A DNA stretch of 64,000 bases. Origin: Callorhinchus milii (lineage: Eukaryota). The notes below the pieces were generated by a model. That model saw only the letters and a program-made list of their open reading frames with translations. It was not told where the DNA came from and did no database searches. The position numbers and the translations under genes are program-made. This document shows, one piece after another, positions 24,180 through 37,102 of this stretch (positions are counted from its first letter, which is position 1; the number at the start of each line of letters is the position of its first letter). The stretch lies in NCBI RefSeq assembly GCF_018977255.1, contig NW_024704743.1:103108001-103172000 (forward strand). Reading direction: 5' to 3'.

Positions 24180-26703
24180 AACAACAACAACAACAACAAC
24201 AAGATTCCATTTATAAAGCGCCTTTCACGTCAGGAGGACGTCCCAAGGCGCTGCACAGTTGGGTCATGACCCGAGCAGGGGGGAAATGGTCAGGGCGAGG
24301 GGAGAGAAGGGAGGGAGCGAGGAGGGGGGAAATGGTCAGGGTGAGGGGAGGGAAGGGAGGGAGCGAGGAGGGGGAAGAGAGTCGAGAGGGGAGCTGAAGG
24401 CTCGGTCAAAGAGAAAGGTTTTGAGACCGGCCTTGAAGGAGGAAAGGGAGGAAGCAAGGCGAAGGCACTGGGGGATGGAGTTCCAGAGCCTGGGGGCTGA
24501 GAGGCTGAAGGCCCGACCACCGATGGTAGGGCGGTTGGGGCGGGGGACGTGGAGCAGACCGGAGCCAGAGGAACGGAGGGTACGGGCAGGTAGGTAGGGG
24601 GATAGTAGGTTGGAGAGGTAGGAGGGAGCAAGGCCGTGAATGGCCTTGTAGGTGAGGATGAGGATCTTGAAATCAATCCTCTGGGGGATGGGGAGCCAGT
24701 GGAGGCGAGCGAGGGTGGGAGTGATGTGGTCCCGAAGCCTGGTGCGGGACAGTACACGAGCTGCAGAGTTCTGAATGACCTGCAGCTTGTGGAGGGAGGT
24801 GGCGGGAAGGCCGGCGAGGAGAGAGTTCCCATAGTCCAGCCTTGAGGTGACAAAGGCGTGAACCAGGGTTTCAGCAGCGTGAGGGGTGAGGTAGTGCCGT
24901 AGTCTGGCGATGTTCCGGAGGTGATGGAAGGCGGTGCCAGTTGTGGTGCGGATGTGAGGGAGAAAGGACAGCTCAGGGTTGAACAAAACGCCGAGGTTCC
25001 TGACTGGCTTTGCGAGGTGGAGAGTGCAGCCTTGGATGCTGATGGTGTCAGCGCCTGAGGTGCGGAGGCGCTGACGTGAGCCAATCAGGAGGGCCTCGGT
25101 TTTTCGCACGTTGAGCTGAAGAAAGTTGTCTCTCGTCCAGGACTCGATGTCGGACAGGCAGGCTGTCAGGACATCGGTGGTCGTGGAGTTGAGAGTAGAG
25201 GAGGAAAGGTAGAGTTGGGTGTCATCCGCATACATGTGGAAGTTAACCCCATGTCTGCGGATGATGTCACCAAGGGGGAGCATATACAACAACAACAACA
25301 ACAACAAGATTCCATTTATAGAGCGCCTTTCACGTCAGGAGGACGTCCCAAGGCGCTGCACAGTTGGGTCATGACCCGAGCAGGGGGGAAATGGTCAGGG
25401 TGAGGGGAGGGAAGGGAGGGAGAGAGGAGGGGGGAAATGGTCAGGGTGAGGGGAGGGAAGGGAGGGAGCGAGGAGGAGGAAGAGTGTCGAGAGGGGAGCT
25501 GAAGGCACGGTCAAAGAGAAAGGTTTTGAGACCGGCCTTGAAGGAGGAAAGGGAGGAAGCAAGGCGAAGATAGAGGGTGAAGAGGAGGGGACCAAGGACA
25601 GAGCCCTGAGGGACACCACATGAGACAGTGCGGGGGGTGGAGGAGAAGCCATTCGTCGAGACAAAATGAAGACGGTGAGAAAGGTACGACCTAAACCATT
25701 CAAGGACAGTGCCTTGAAGGTTGAGGTGGGAGGACAAGCGGTGGAGTAGGATAGCGTGGTCGACCGTATCGAATGCTGCCGATAGGTCGAGGAGGACGAG
25801 GAGACAGAGGGAGCCCTGGTCACAGATGGTCAGGATATCATTGGTGACCTTGACCAGGGCAGTTTCTGTGCTATGAGCAGCACGGAAACCTGACTGAAGG
25901 GGTTCGAAAAGAGAATGGGTGGAAAGGAAAGAGCGCAGTTGGGAGGCGACAACTCTTTCCAAGACCTTGGAGAGAAAGGGAAGGTTGGAGATGGGCCGGT
26001 AACTTGATAGCTGCGACGCATCAAGGGAGGGCTTTTTCAGGGTGGGCGTGATGATGGCAGTTTTTAATGGAATGGGGACAGAGCCAGAGGAGAGGGACAG
26101 GTTGATGATGTCAGTGATATGTGGGGCAAGAAAGTGGAGCTGGGAGATAAGGAGTGGAGTGGGGATGGGGTCAAGGGAGCAGGTGGTTGGTTTTAGGGAT
26201 TGGATGAGTTCAGTGACAGAGGGTGGGGAAACGGGTACGTAGGTGTGTAGGGGAGGATGGGTAGGAGTCAGAGTGTGGGAGGGAAGGGGTGGGTGGTGGG
26301 TGGAAGTTGGAGGGGAAGTGACCGCGCAGCGGATTCCCTTGATCTTGGATTCAAGGAAATCCAGCATCTCCTCGCAGTGAAGGTTGGCGGAGATGACCTG
26401 CGCGGGGTGGCGGGGGGGACGAAGGAGTCGGGTTGTGGTGGAAAACAGTAGCCTGGGGTTGTTCTTTGCCTCCAGGATTATCCTGGAGTAGAAGGACGAC
26501 TTGGCCGAGGCTAGAGTGGAGCGGTAAATTTTGAGGAGGTCCAGCCAGATTTGTCGGTGGACCGTTAGGCCAGATTTGACACAGGTGCGTTCAGCAGCCC
26601 GCACCTGGCTTTTCAGTGAGCGGAGGTGGGTGGTGTACCAGGGGGAGGAGCGGGAGTAGGAGACAGTGCGGGAAGTGATGGGGGCAAGAGTATCGAAGAG
26701 TAT
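24180..26703 (-). mobile_element. Young L2-A, 5'-truncated (~2.2 kb own sequence), RT ORF2 open apart from the nested insertion
   Basis: ORFs 25441-26604 and 24336-25307 join as [22 protein letters not shown]...YADDTQLY; also [15 protein letters not shown] and [13 protein letters not shown]. (GTT)n tail; TSD CGTC (24176-24179 / 26704-26707). Confidence 0.97.
25287..25569 (-). mobile_element. L2-A 3' end (283 bp) inserted in the RT domain of the preceding L2-A
   Basis: Near-identical to 24180-24464; flanked by ATA (25284-25286 / 25570-25572). Confidence 0.93.
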
Positions 26704-29179
26704 CGTCGGGAAGACGTCACACGGCGCTGGACAGAGTACAGTATTTCAGACCCGAGCTGGGGTCAGGGGGGGAGAGGGGAGGGGAAGGCGGGTGGCTGAT
26801 GGCATGGTTGAAGAGGAGGGTCTTGAGGCGGGACTTGAAGTAGGCTAAGGAGGGAACGAGGCGGAGTGACTGGGGGATGGAATTCCAGAGGTTGGGGGCA
26901 GAGTGGTTGAAGGCTCTCCCGCCAATGGTGGGGCGGGTGGGTCGGGGGACGTGGAACAGGCCAGAGCCGGCTGAGCGGAGGGAACGGGCGGGTTGGTAGG
27001 CGGTTAGGAGGTTGCAGAGGTAGGGTGGGGCGAGGCCATGGAGGGCTTTGTATGTGAGGACCAGGATCTTGAACTGGATCCTCTGAAGGATAGGGAGCCA
27101 ATGGAGTCGGACAAGAGTGGGGGAGATGGGGTCACGGAGTTTGGTGCGGGAGAGGACACAAGCTGCAGAGTTCTGGATTATCTGATTATCTGCAGCCTGT
27201 GGAGAGAGGTGTTGGGAAGGCCGACAAGCAGGGCATTTGCATAGTCGAGCCTGGGTGATGAAGGCATGAACAAGAGTTTCAGCGGCCTGAGGGGTGAGGT
27301 AATGGCCAAAGGTGCAGTTGAAATGGCAGATTCTGTCGCAGTTTTGAAGATGTGGAGGGAGGGGACGAGATGGATGGACTCAGGTACTGAAATCCAGAGA
27401 TTGCAGGTACAATTACTGACAGTTAATCCATTGTGGTGAGGTGGAAAGGATGTGCAGCAAACTTACTGAAAATGTCCACTGTGGGTACAGTGAACAAAAG
27501 TAAATGCCACATTCAACAGGTGATCACATTAGCTTATAATATACAGCTAATGACATCTTTTGCGTTGGATTCTTATGTTTCTGAAGTGTAGCCTTTAGTA
27601 TAACCTAATAATGAATTTGCCTTAATCATTGTGATCACACACTGCGAAGACATTTCTGATGACAGGTCTGTAACAAGTTTTAAATCTGCTTTTGTTAACT
27701 TCAGTAAGGTTTGAATATTCATCTCAGAATCAAAGTCAACACACCTGCATGTACTCATTTGCATTTATCCATGTTTATCAATCATTAGTTCAACCTGTTG
27801 GGCTTCATTTTAGCTTCTGCTGAATATTGTCGTTCAACACTATATTCTTTGCCATCATGGTCAAGTCAGTATAATTTTGCAGTAAGCTACTTCACTTGTT
27901 GATAAGCAGAGATTTTGGATTTATTCCAAAGGATTCCTACTGGTCATCATCCCCTCCGCTCCCCCAGGTTCTCCCTTCCTTCTCCTTGTTTTGTTGTGAA
28001 CCCGCAAGTGTCAGCAGAACAAATGTCCATCCATCATGCACAAATCCAGAGAGTAAGCATTGGGAATGCGATCTGACCAATTATTAAATTAATTCAGTCT
28101 TAATTCAGAAGCAGATTTCTGTAATTCTCAAAAAGAATTGGTTCCTAAAATAGATTGGATTTTAGAATTTTCCGTGATTTGGTGCCTTTAATCAAATGAT
28201 CTTGCTTTGCTTTGACAACTTGGAATTTCAGGCCTCCTTACCGATTCTGGTGTTTTACAATATAGTAATACAATTTATACTGCGCCTTTCATGTCAGAAT
28301 GTTTCGAAGTAGCATTTGAGCACTTTTCCGCCACACAATCTACCGAACAATTTAATCCCACTCTCATGCGAAACACTTTAATATTCATCCTCTTTTAGCA
28401 AGTATCCAATTCCCTTTTAAAAAAAACAATGGACTCTGTTTGAGCAATGGTTTGTGGCTGAGAATCCACATTCCAACTGCTGTCAATGTAAGGATAATTT
28501 TACCAGTTAAAAAATTGCTACTCATACTAATTGAACTGAAACATTATTTCTGCACATGATTCATGTTATATGAATGGTGCTGTATTTTTGGTCAGCCTAT
28601 CATCCCTCTCACATTTTATCATCTGAAGTTCTGACAGATTATCTGTGAATCATTCTTAAAAGACCAATCAGTCTACAAATATTAACCTTATTGCCTATGA
28701 TTTACATTGTTGGGACCATAATGTTGATAGCGATGCCACTGGTTTATATTCCGAGCATGGATTGCTAACGTTATGCAAGTACCTTCAAAGTCTTGAGGAC
28801 TAACATATGCAGTGTGCTCTGCCACTAAAAGTAATGTCTACTTTAGATCCAGCTAAGACAGACTCTCTTGATTGCCTGAAAGTATTCAAGAAAGCCCCAG
28901 CTGTCTTAACGACTACCACTTAGGTTGCATGAAAGGTTTTTTTGTTGACATCTTAAAAGGAACACCAGGCACAAAGGTGAACTGGGATAGTCTCAGGAGA
29001 ACATTGTCAATCACTGTCTTCCTATCTGGCTGTCAAAATTTGCATCTTTCATCTGGGCTCAGGCAAAGCATATTCGGTACGGTAAAGTGCCATGTCATTA
29101 TTACCTTGGCACGGACAACCATCCTTGGTTTAATGGATGGCACACTTTGTTGACACTTTGTTCAGAAATAATTTGAATT

Positions 29180-29435
29180 ATTGCATTTGATTGATCACAT
29201 TGATCACATTATCACATTGTTGAAACATCTCAAAGCACTGCAAATGATATACTGTAAAGTGAACTGACTATGTATTTCGTGGGCGAAACACAGTAGCCAG
29301 TTGTGCACAGCAATGTCCCACAAACAACCATGGAGTGAATAACCAATTTTATTTGGGGGATTGTTGGACAGGATATCAGGAGAAGCTCCCTTCTCTTTTT
29401 GACTAGTACCAGTGGATATTTAACATCCATCTGAA
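29180..29435 (-). mobile_element. SINE family S 3' half
   Basis: cagtagccagttgtgcacagcaatgtcccacaaac and gggggattgttggacaggatatcaggagaagctcccttctc motifs. Confidence 0.78.
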
Positions 29436-29509
29436 GAAGAATCGGCATAAAAAGCATAATTTCTTTGGTAGATTAGGACAACAAACTGTAAAAGGATCAT
29501 CAAATCCTG

Positions 29510-30765
29510 CAAAGTCCTAAATTGAAATGCCCGGAATCTGAGGTAACCTTGTGACGTAGCTTCGCAATTCGTTGGAAGGCAGAAAACAGAAGGGAGGGAT
29601 TAAGGGAACGTTCTCTGATTGGGGGGACGTGACAAGTTGTGTCCCGCAGGAGTCTGTACTGGGACCTCAGCTTTTTGCCACATACATAAATGACCTGGAT
29701 AAAGAAATAGAAAGTTTTATATCCAAGTTGCGGATGACACGAAGATAGGAGGCTCAGCAACAGTGAAGATAATAACAATAATAATAATAATCCTTGCATT
29801 TGATATAGCGCTTTTCACGTCAGGAGGACGTCCCAAAGCGCTTCACAGAATATACTGTAAAGTGAATTGACTGTATATTTGTGGGCGAACGTGGCAGCCA
29901 ATTGCGCACAGCAATGTCCCACAAACAGTCATGGATTGAAAATGACCAATTTATTATTTTTTTGTTTTTTTGGAGGGATTATTATTAGGCGTGTGGAGTA
30001 AGGAAACTTGCCCAAGGTTTCGCCCTGCCTGGAAATGGAAGTAGGAAGTTACAAAGGGACTTAGACAGATTAAGCGAGTGGGTAAAGCTGTGGCAGATGG
30101 AATTCAATGTAAGGAAGTGCGAGGTCATCCACTATGGACTGAAAAAAGATAGGGTAGAATATTTTCTTAATGGGGAGAAATTAAGAGCTGTGGAAGAACA
30201 AAAAGATTTGCGTGTCTATATCCACAAAACACTGAAAACTAGTTCATAGGTGCAAAACATAATCAAAAAGGCAAATAGTATGTTGGCCTTTATCTCGAGA
30301 GGCCTAGAATACAAAGGGGAAGAAATGATGCTTCAGCTGTATAGAGCGTTAGTCAGACTCCACCTGCATTCAGTTTTGGGCACCACACCACAGGAAAGAT
30401 ATATTGGCCTTGGAGGAGGTGCAGCACAGGTTCACCAGAATGTTACCAGGCCAAAAGGGATTAAGTTACGAGGAAAGGCTGCATAAACTTGGATTGTATT
30501 CCATCGAGTTTAGAAGATTGAGGGGTGATTTGATGGAGATTTTTAGGATGATAAAGGAATTTGATAGGGTAGATGCAGAAAAGCTATTTCCTATGTTGGG
30601 GGAATGCAAAACAAGGGGGCATAGACTTAAAATTAGAACAAGACCATTTAAGAGTGAAATTAGGAAGCATTTTTTCACTCAAAGGGTGGTAGAAATCTGG
30701 AACTCTATCCCCCAAACAGTCGTGGATTGAATTGACCAAATTTCTTTTAAAAAAAAGGATTATTC
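29510..30765 (+). mobile_element. CR1 LINE fragment, disrupted, split by a SINE
   Basis: VPQESVLGPQL...ADDTKIG...SED|GSRKLQRDLDRLSEW...KKANSMLAFISRGLEYK...KHFFTQRVVEIWNS. Confidence 0.92.
29771..30034 (-). mobile_element. SINE family A, short variant, 5'-truncated in the B box
   Basis: Reverse complement of 12752-13012 with a CTCCT loop; inserted into the CR1 coding sequence. Confidence 0.93.
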
Positions 30766-30771
30766 TTAGGC

Positions 30772-30868
30772 AGTAAGGAAACTTGCCCAAGGTTTCGCCC
30801 TGCTGGGAATCGAAGCCAGGTCTCTCACTAGCAAGGGGAGTGCTCTAACTACTAAACTACAGGACTTC
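30772..30868 (-). mobile_element. SINE family A head only
   Basis: gtaaggaaacttgcccaaggtttcgccctgctgggaatcgaa...ctacaggacttc. Confidence 0.85.
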
Positions 30869-32048
30869 TACAATACAAAATACAAGGCACATTTAAGTTA
30901 CTTTAGTATAAGTTATCTTAAATATAATGTATAACTTATTTGTTACTATTGGGTATCATTTTTCAAGCGGGATTTTGAAAGAGACCAAATGGTATCAGTT
31001 CTACAATGTTCACCTTGTCCAACAGTGTAAGGCACCAATAAACAAAAGCAAATTGGCGTAGTTGAGGTTAGGTCAAATGTAACAGTGCTCCGATTTAGCT
31101 ACTATGTATAATTCCAGTTTCCGTAACATAGGATGTTTGTCCAGTGAAGCAGAGCATCAAGGTTCATTCCAAATGGTTGACAGATAAGGTATGAGGAATG
31201 TCTAGACCAACAAGGGTTTTTCTGACTGGAAAAGAAACTCTTCAGAGTGAAACTTATCCAAATTTATATTTACACGCAACACCTTTCAACAATAACTTGC
31301 ACTTATTGCCCTCCACGCAGGGTACCATCTCAGAGCACTTCAAGTCGTTCAAGTCAGCAGGACATCCAAAGGTGGGGGGCAAAGCTATGTAAGAGAATTT
31401 AAGAGAATTGCACACACCAATATCCCACAAACATTCAGGAAAAATAAACCAATGGCCGATTTTATAACACTTTTTGACAAGATTATGAAACTAGCAATCT
31501 GTTCACTATATCTGCTGATGTTTCATACTATTAATTAACTGTTAAAAGTAAGTACAAAGCACCATTTCAGATGTCCATGCTTAGACAAGCATAAGTGCAG
31601 ATGTCAAAATGACAATGTTCATATCCATCAGTCTTTTAGTCTCCCTCCATCTTGCTCCAGCACATCACATAGAAAAACTGTTCAATATTTTTTTCTGACA
31701 GTTACCATTATTCCATTACCTATGTTCATTCTCCTCCCCTGGAAAAATCCAACCTATATTCAATTCAACAGGCATACGATATGAGATGCACTTCATTCCT
31801 GACTTGTATTTGATGGTCCTCATTAAGTATATCCACTCTCTGGATACGATTCTATAAATTTCTCGTGCACATATTGTCAAAAACAATATGAATAACAGTT
31901 TTCATTTTCATTTATAAGTTCAATACTTGTTACAAATTCTAAGTCAGCTACTGGTTGACAGTATTGTCATCAAATTCATTTTTAAAAATTGTCAGAAATA
32001 TAGCTCTATAATAGCACACAGCTAAATCCATCATTGTTCACTAATTTG

Positions 32049-33245
32049 TTTATATTGATGCGCTCTGACTAAGACAGCTGTTAACAATAGCCGTCGCCAT
32101 CTCACATAAGCGATTTGAGTTTGTTCCTAACCGTGTTGGCAATTGACTGTCCTTGCAATGCTCTATGGGATTCACGTTTATGTTTGCTAAAATGGGTATT
32201 TTGTATCAGTTGTCAGAGATGGGAGGCAAAAACATTCCACAAGTTTTCTTGGCTAGGCTGTCGCATGTTACCCAGGAGGATGTCTGTAAGTATTCTGTCC
32301 AAGTCATAATATGTATCTTTATAAGAATTACATTTAGTTGGCGTTTTCAGTAGAAATGAGGTATAAAATGCCTACTGCATGAACTGCACATTAAACAACA
32401 GTCACAGTTTGCCTGTGTTAAACGTTGTAATGAAGAAAAAACATATACTGTAGGGTTGATTCCATACAAAGGACATCATCAGTAAGATCAACCTTTTGGC
32501 CAAAGTCTAGGTTAATAAACCATTTTTACTCAGCAATAAAGTCTAAATGTGCTCATCTTTTACAGCCCAGACTTTAGGGGGTAAAAATGGTATTGTTTAA
32601 CAGACTGAATGTGTCATCCCAATTTGCAAGACTGGAAAGGTATAACTTCTACCATCTTGAGGAAGGTATGAATGTTCAAGTGCTGTCATTATTGATGCCA
32701 ACTGTAAAGCATTCCAGTGGAACTGAGCACACGAGGCTAAGCACAAGCTCAAATATTTTGTACTTTAGCCTGGCTCAGTTGGGAACACTCTCGCCTGAAT
32801 CAGAAGGATGTAGGTTCAAGCCCCCGTCAGGATTTTGACTACAAATAGTTTAAAATGACACTGAAGGATGCACCTCATTGTCAAAGGCCATTCAGATCAG
32901 ACGTTAAACTGAGGACCCATCAGTATGTTCAGATGGATGTTAAAGATCCCATGGCATTATTTGAGAGAGAAGGGAGTTTCTCCAATGTTGAGATGAACTA
33001 CCTCCCAGAGAAAAACATAAATTTCACTTTATGGTTCTTTGTGATACATTGCTGTGTGCAAATTGGCTACTAAGTGTGCCTACATATACATAGTACATTT
33101 TAATGTATATCCTGTGAAGTGCTTTGCGACATCCTCCCATTGTGCAAGGAGCTATATAAAATGTAAGAATTATTATTAAATCCCTTATGTGAGATGGTGA
33201 CTGCTGCTGTTAACAGCTATCTTAGTCAGAGTGCATTGATATAAA
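32049..33245. repeat. Old inverted-repeat element (possible non-autonomous DNA transposon)
   Basis: 32049-32116 versus the reverse complement of 33178-33245: 59/68 ungapped identities by hand count. Similarity continues at ~32705-32754 on the other side of an inserted SINE. Confidence 0.75.
32767..33177 (+). mobile_element. SINE family S, full length, degraded
   Basis: agcctggctcagttgggaacactctcgcc head, gatgttaaagatcccatggcattatttg body and tail to ttattatt. Confidence 0.88.
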
Positions 33246-36200
33246 ATTATAAGTGCCCAACCATAAGCGTTTCACAGAATCAGCATCTAACAACCTCTAC
33301 CGATGACACGAATGTTGAACTGCAAGATAAGGACACAATTCAGCTCAGCTGCAATGTCCCCTTTGATCCCACCAGCATTCAATGCCAGACCTTACTCATC
33401 AATAGCAGACATTTCATGCTGGAAGGCAGCCAACGTCCATGATAAAATATTGTATGAGAAAAAGAGTCCAATGACTTTAGGAGAAAAGCTGAAGGAAAAA
33501 AAATTCTTGGAGAATTTTTTTTTCCATGGGACATAATAGTTCATATGCTAGGTTTATGGAGGTGTGAAACCAGGATTCAACATTTGGAGATTTAGATCTT
33601 AGCCTGGCTCAGTTGCTAGCAGTCTCATCTCTGGGTCAAAAGGTTATGTGTTCAAGCCCACAGTGGGACTTTAAGCTTGCCTGGCATTCCACTTCAGTAC
33701 TGAATTGTCAGAGGTGCTATTTAGTGACGCTCTGGGCATTGTTTCATGTAGCTGTGCTACAAATGCCAAACAAGTATATAATAAATAATTCCTCCAATTG
33801 ATATGGCTCCTTTCACATCGGAAGGACATATCAAAGCACTTTACAGGATAGACTGTAATGTGTGATGACACTTTTTCTGTAGGCAAACAAGTACATCTTG
33901 TTGAACATAATGCAGAAGTCTCTTCCTGCCATGTGACTGCAGTGAACAATGCAGTGCATTGACTAATGAAAGGTATTTCCTGTTTTGTGAGGACTGTTTG
34001 AGTGATTTAACTCTGTTTGTTCTGTCCACACATTAGCAAGGGGTCTTTGAATTACATCATTGTTGTACGTTTTTTTCACTTCAGCTACACAAGGAGCAGA
34101 ATGTAATAATTTGAATCTTTATAAATTGGAGACTACAACATTGACAACGTGAAGACAGAAGATATTTAAACATTGAAAAGAAATTCACTTTTCAATACCT
34201 AGTCAGAATGTTTGTTAAAGGAAATGGCCTTCAGACACAGGACAATCGAAAATTTAGAGTAACATTTCATTGCATCTTGTACACATCAGCGTCCAAGTGA
34301 GCCTAATTTCTGTGAAACACTGAAAATGTTTTACTGCAGCACTGGTAAGTAGTAGTTTCAATAGAAGAAGGCAAGAGGTAAATACACATTTTGTTTATCA
34401 ACCCCCTTCTTTGTATCGTGGAATCAGAGGGTGGGGTGAAATTCTGATGTTCTGTAAATTTACTGATCTTGCCAATGTGCTCTTGGGGATTCCACATTAT
34501 AGGCACAAAACATCAAGGTTGATATCATTACAATCAGTCTCCCTGCAGAATCACTAACCTGGAATGAAAAGTAGATGCTGCCACTCCAAGGAAGATCTTT
34601 TTTTAAGTTATTGTTCAGCAGATTCTTGAAGTACAGCAGGATTATTGTGATTTATTTAACATAGGATATTATCCTTTCGATATCACCAGAGGAAACAATT
34701 GATTTAATTTGATTCCAATTTTCAGTAGTTGGCTTTCTGGATACCATTATAGGGTCAATCATCTGCTCAAACAGAATTTCTCACTCAACTGTTTTTTTCA
34801 GTCATCTCAACACCAACAGAGCTTGGTGTCAGAAATCTCCTGCATGGGAGAGGTGTTTTTTTCTTTTGTGCTTGAGACAAATGTTTAAGCATCAAAAGAA
34901 AGGTAGATTTGAAACCCAAGGCAGAACTTGTTAATGTTTTAATGTTAAAATAAAGCATTCTCTTTGTAGTAGACAGGTCTACCTCTGAATAATCATCTCT
35001 GAACTATTTGATTGAATTAATGTTACTTTGATCATAATAATAATAATCCTTTCATTTGATATTGCGCCTTATCATGTATTCTCAAAGCGCTTCATAGAAT
35101 ATTCTGTAAAGTGAATTGATTTTGTGTGCGAAACACGGCAGCCAGTAGCACACAACAGTGTCCCACAAGTAGCATTTTGTCTACAAATATACAGTCATAT
35201 CCTGTGCAATGCTTTGAGTCATCCTCCCGACTTGTGAGACGCTATATCAGATCACTGCACATGTTTCTGTTCAACAAGTGGACCCCTTTATGTTCTTAAT
35301 TATCTATCACTGCTAAACAAGTTAAGGATCTCATACATCACTTTATTATTGCTAGATCAACTCTGAAGAAGATATTTAATTCTTTCCCTGTCTGAACGAT
35401 TATAAACTTTAGCACTGTGATCTTCATCTGTTAGATGACAGATTGACCCAGCACTGCAAGTGGTGCATTGGATAATGCATCGAGCTACAGATCGAAAGTG
35501 TCCCCGTGAATTTTCAGCCATTCCACTCCACTTTCTGGAATTTCATTGCAGAGTCCCTCTATCTCGCCCCAAACCCAAGAAAATATGGGCTCCTAGTCAG
35601 TTATGTGAAGTGCTTTGAGACATTGTCTGAACTTCAAAAGTGATATGTAAATCTAATTGTTGTTGTAATTTCTTCTCTCTGTGAACTAAGATATGACTAG
35701 AACTAATGACATACATTAAGGATTGAACAAGTTCTCGTCAGAAAGGGAACAGTATAATTTGTGCCCAAAAGTGGACCAAGCACTGTGGATGTAAAGTCTC
35801 TCTCCTCCAGCAAACACTATCAACACTGGTTCTCACTCAATCTTGACTCAGAGCAAGGGTCTTCTGGGTTAATGTGGCATCCCCAGTCTTGAGCTGTATT
35901 TATTTTGTGGTGTTCTCTCTGCCTCTGGAGGCACAGATATCTACATCAAAATGTTATTTCTCTGTATTTCTAAAGAGGGAGTTAAAAGGTCCATCTAGCA
36001 ATGCTTATTGGCAGCTGGGCTGAGCAATTCCTGCAGTTTTCACACTGCTAATCTGCATGAGCAATTCTGTAGCAACCTGCTCTGGCAGTTTAGCCAAATT
36101 AACCCCCTGGGGTCAACGGACAGAGCCAAAGATAAGACTAAGTGATAAACAATAATCCTAGCATTTGGTATTGTAATGTATCACATAATTAAGATGTCTC

Positions 36201-36998
36201 AACATACTTCACAACATTTACAATAAAGTATAGTAACTGTATATTTGTAAGCAATCTAGAGCATATGAGCTCAAAAACTAAATGTATTGTAACAGATTCT
36301 ATTGAAATTCTATTTAAATTGTTCTGCAAACACTTGGAATATAAACATGGCATCAGGCTAAATTCATACAAACACAATTAACAGTTTTTGCAGTTGGTTG
36401 TCTGAAACCCATCACCGTAATGAAGAATATGCATTCTCGCCCTGTTTACCTGATCCTCAAGAGCAATAGGCTCAGTTGGTAAAAGGCAAACCTTGGGGCC
36501 CCTACATTGTACCTGTTGAAGTTTAACCAGTTAACATTATTGAATCCCCTCCTTAGTCACCATCCAATCAACTCCCTCTATGATCCAATTCACCAAAACA
36601 ACTCAATCCATGATTTAATCAGCCAATCTCTTCAGTTATTCCTCTCACTGCACCATCTAATTAGCCAATCACCACCTTCCCTCCATGGACTGGTCAGGCT
36701 ATCAACGGCCTCCTCCAGTTTGCTCTCAACCTTCTCCACAGGTCGCTCTCACAACAGATTTTGTATCATGACAAATGAAGGAAGATAGGAAAGTCAGTAT
36801 GACATTTGCAACAGACTGAGCCTGGAGATCTGACTAAACAATTAAGTTATAGGTTGCAATTGCCTGTTACTTAAGGTCATCAAGCTATTAAATTGTCAAT
36901 CTTCTTGTCATATGGATGGATCATTGAACTGACAGATTTTTTTAAAAATCAATGAATCACAATTCTCTCTGGATCATGCAGATTTCTGAGAAAACTAG

Positions 36999-37102
36999 TA
37001 CAGTACAACACATTATAATATACATTATTCATTATTATAGTAGTTATAATACAGTACAACAAATTATAATATACATTATTTAGTATTATAGTATAGTTAT
37101 AA
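36999..37102. repeat. AT-rich tandem duplication, ~51-bp unit x2
   Basis: tacagtacaaca(c/a)attataatatacattatt... repeated at 36999 and 37050. Confidence 0.85.

Larger units (their letters stand above)
24139..27304 (-). mobile_element. L2-B 3' end; own sequence 24139-24179 and 26704-27304
   Basis: Rejoined tail matches the reverse complement of 600-700; ORF2 C-terminus from HYLTPQA. TSD GCCAA (24134-24138 / 27305-27309). Confidence 0.9.
23998..27410 (-). mobile_element. Old L2 3' end (L2-C), outermost host of the nest; own sequence 23998-24138 and 27305-27410
   Basis: Joining the two pieces gives gaaggtagccaaaggtgcagttgaaa, matching gaaggtgaccaaaggcgcagctaaaa in the L2 at ~42662. Confidence 0.75.

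Noticed and set aside
24259..27244. Long Pro/Ser-rich or Gly/Arg/Glu-rich ORFs (also 196-687, 56304-56900, 62760-63734) as novel proteins
   Set aside because: They are alternative-frame or antisense readings of C-rich L2 sequence.
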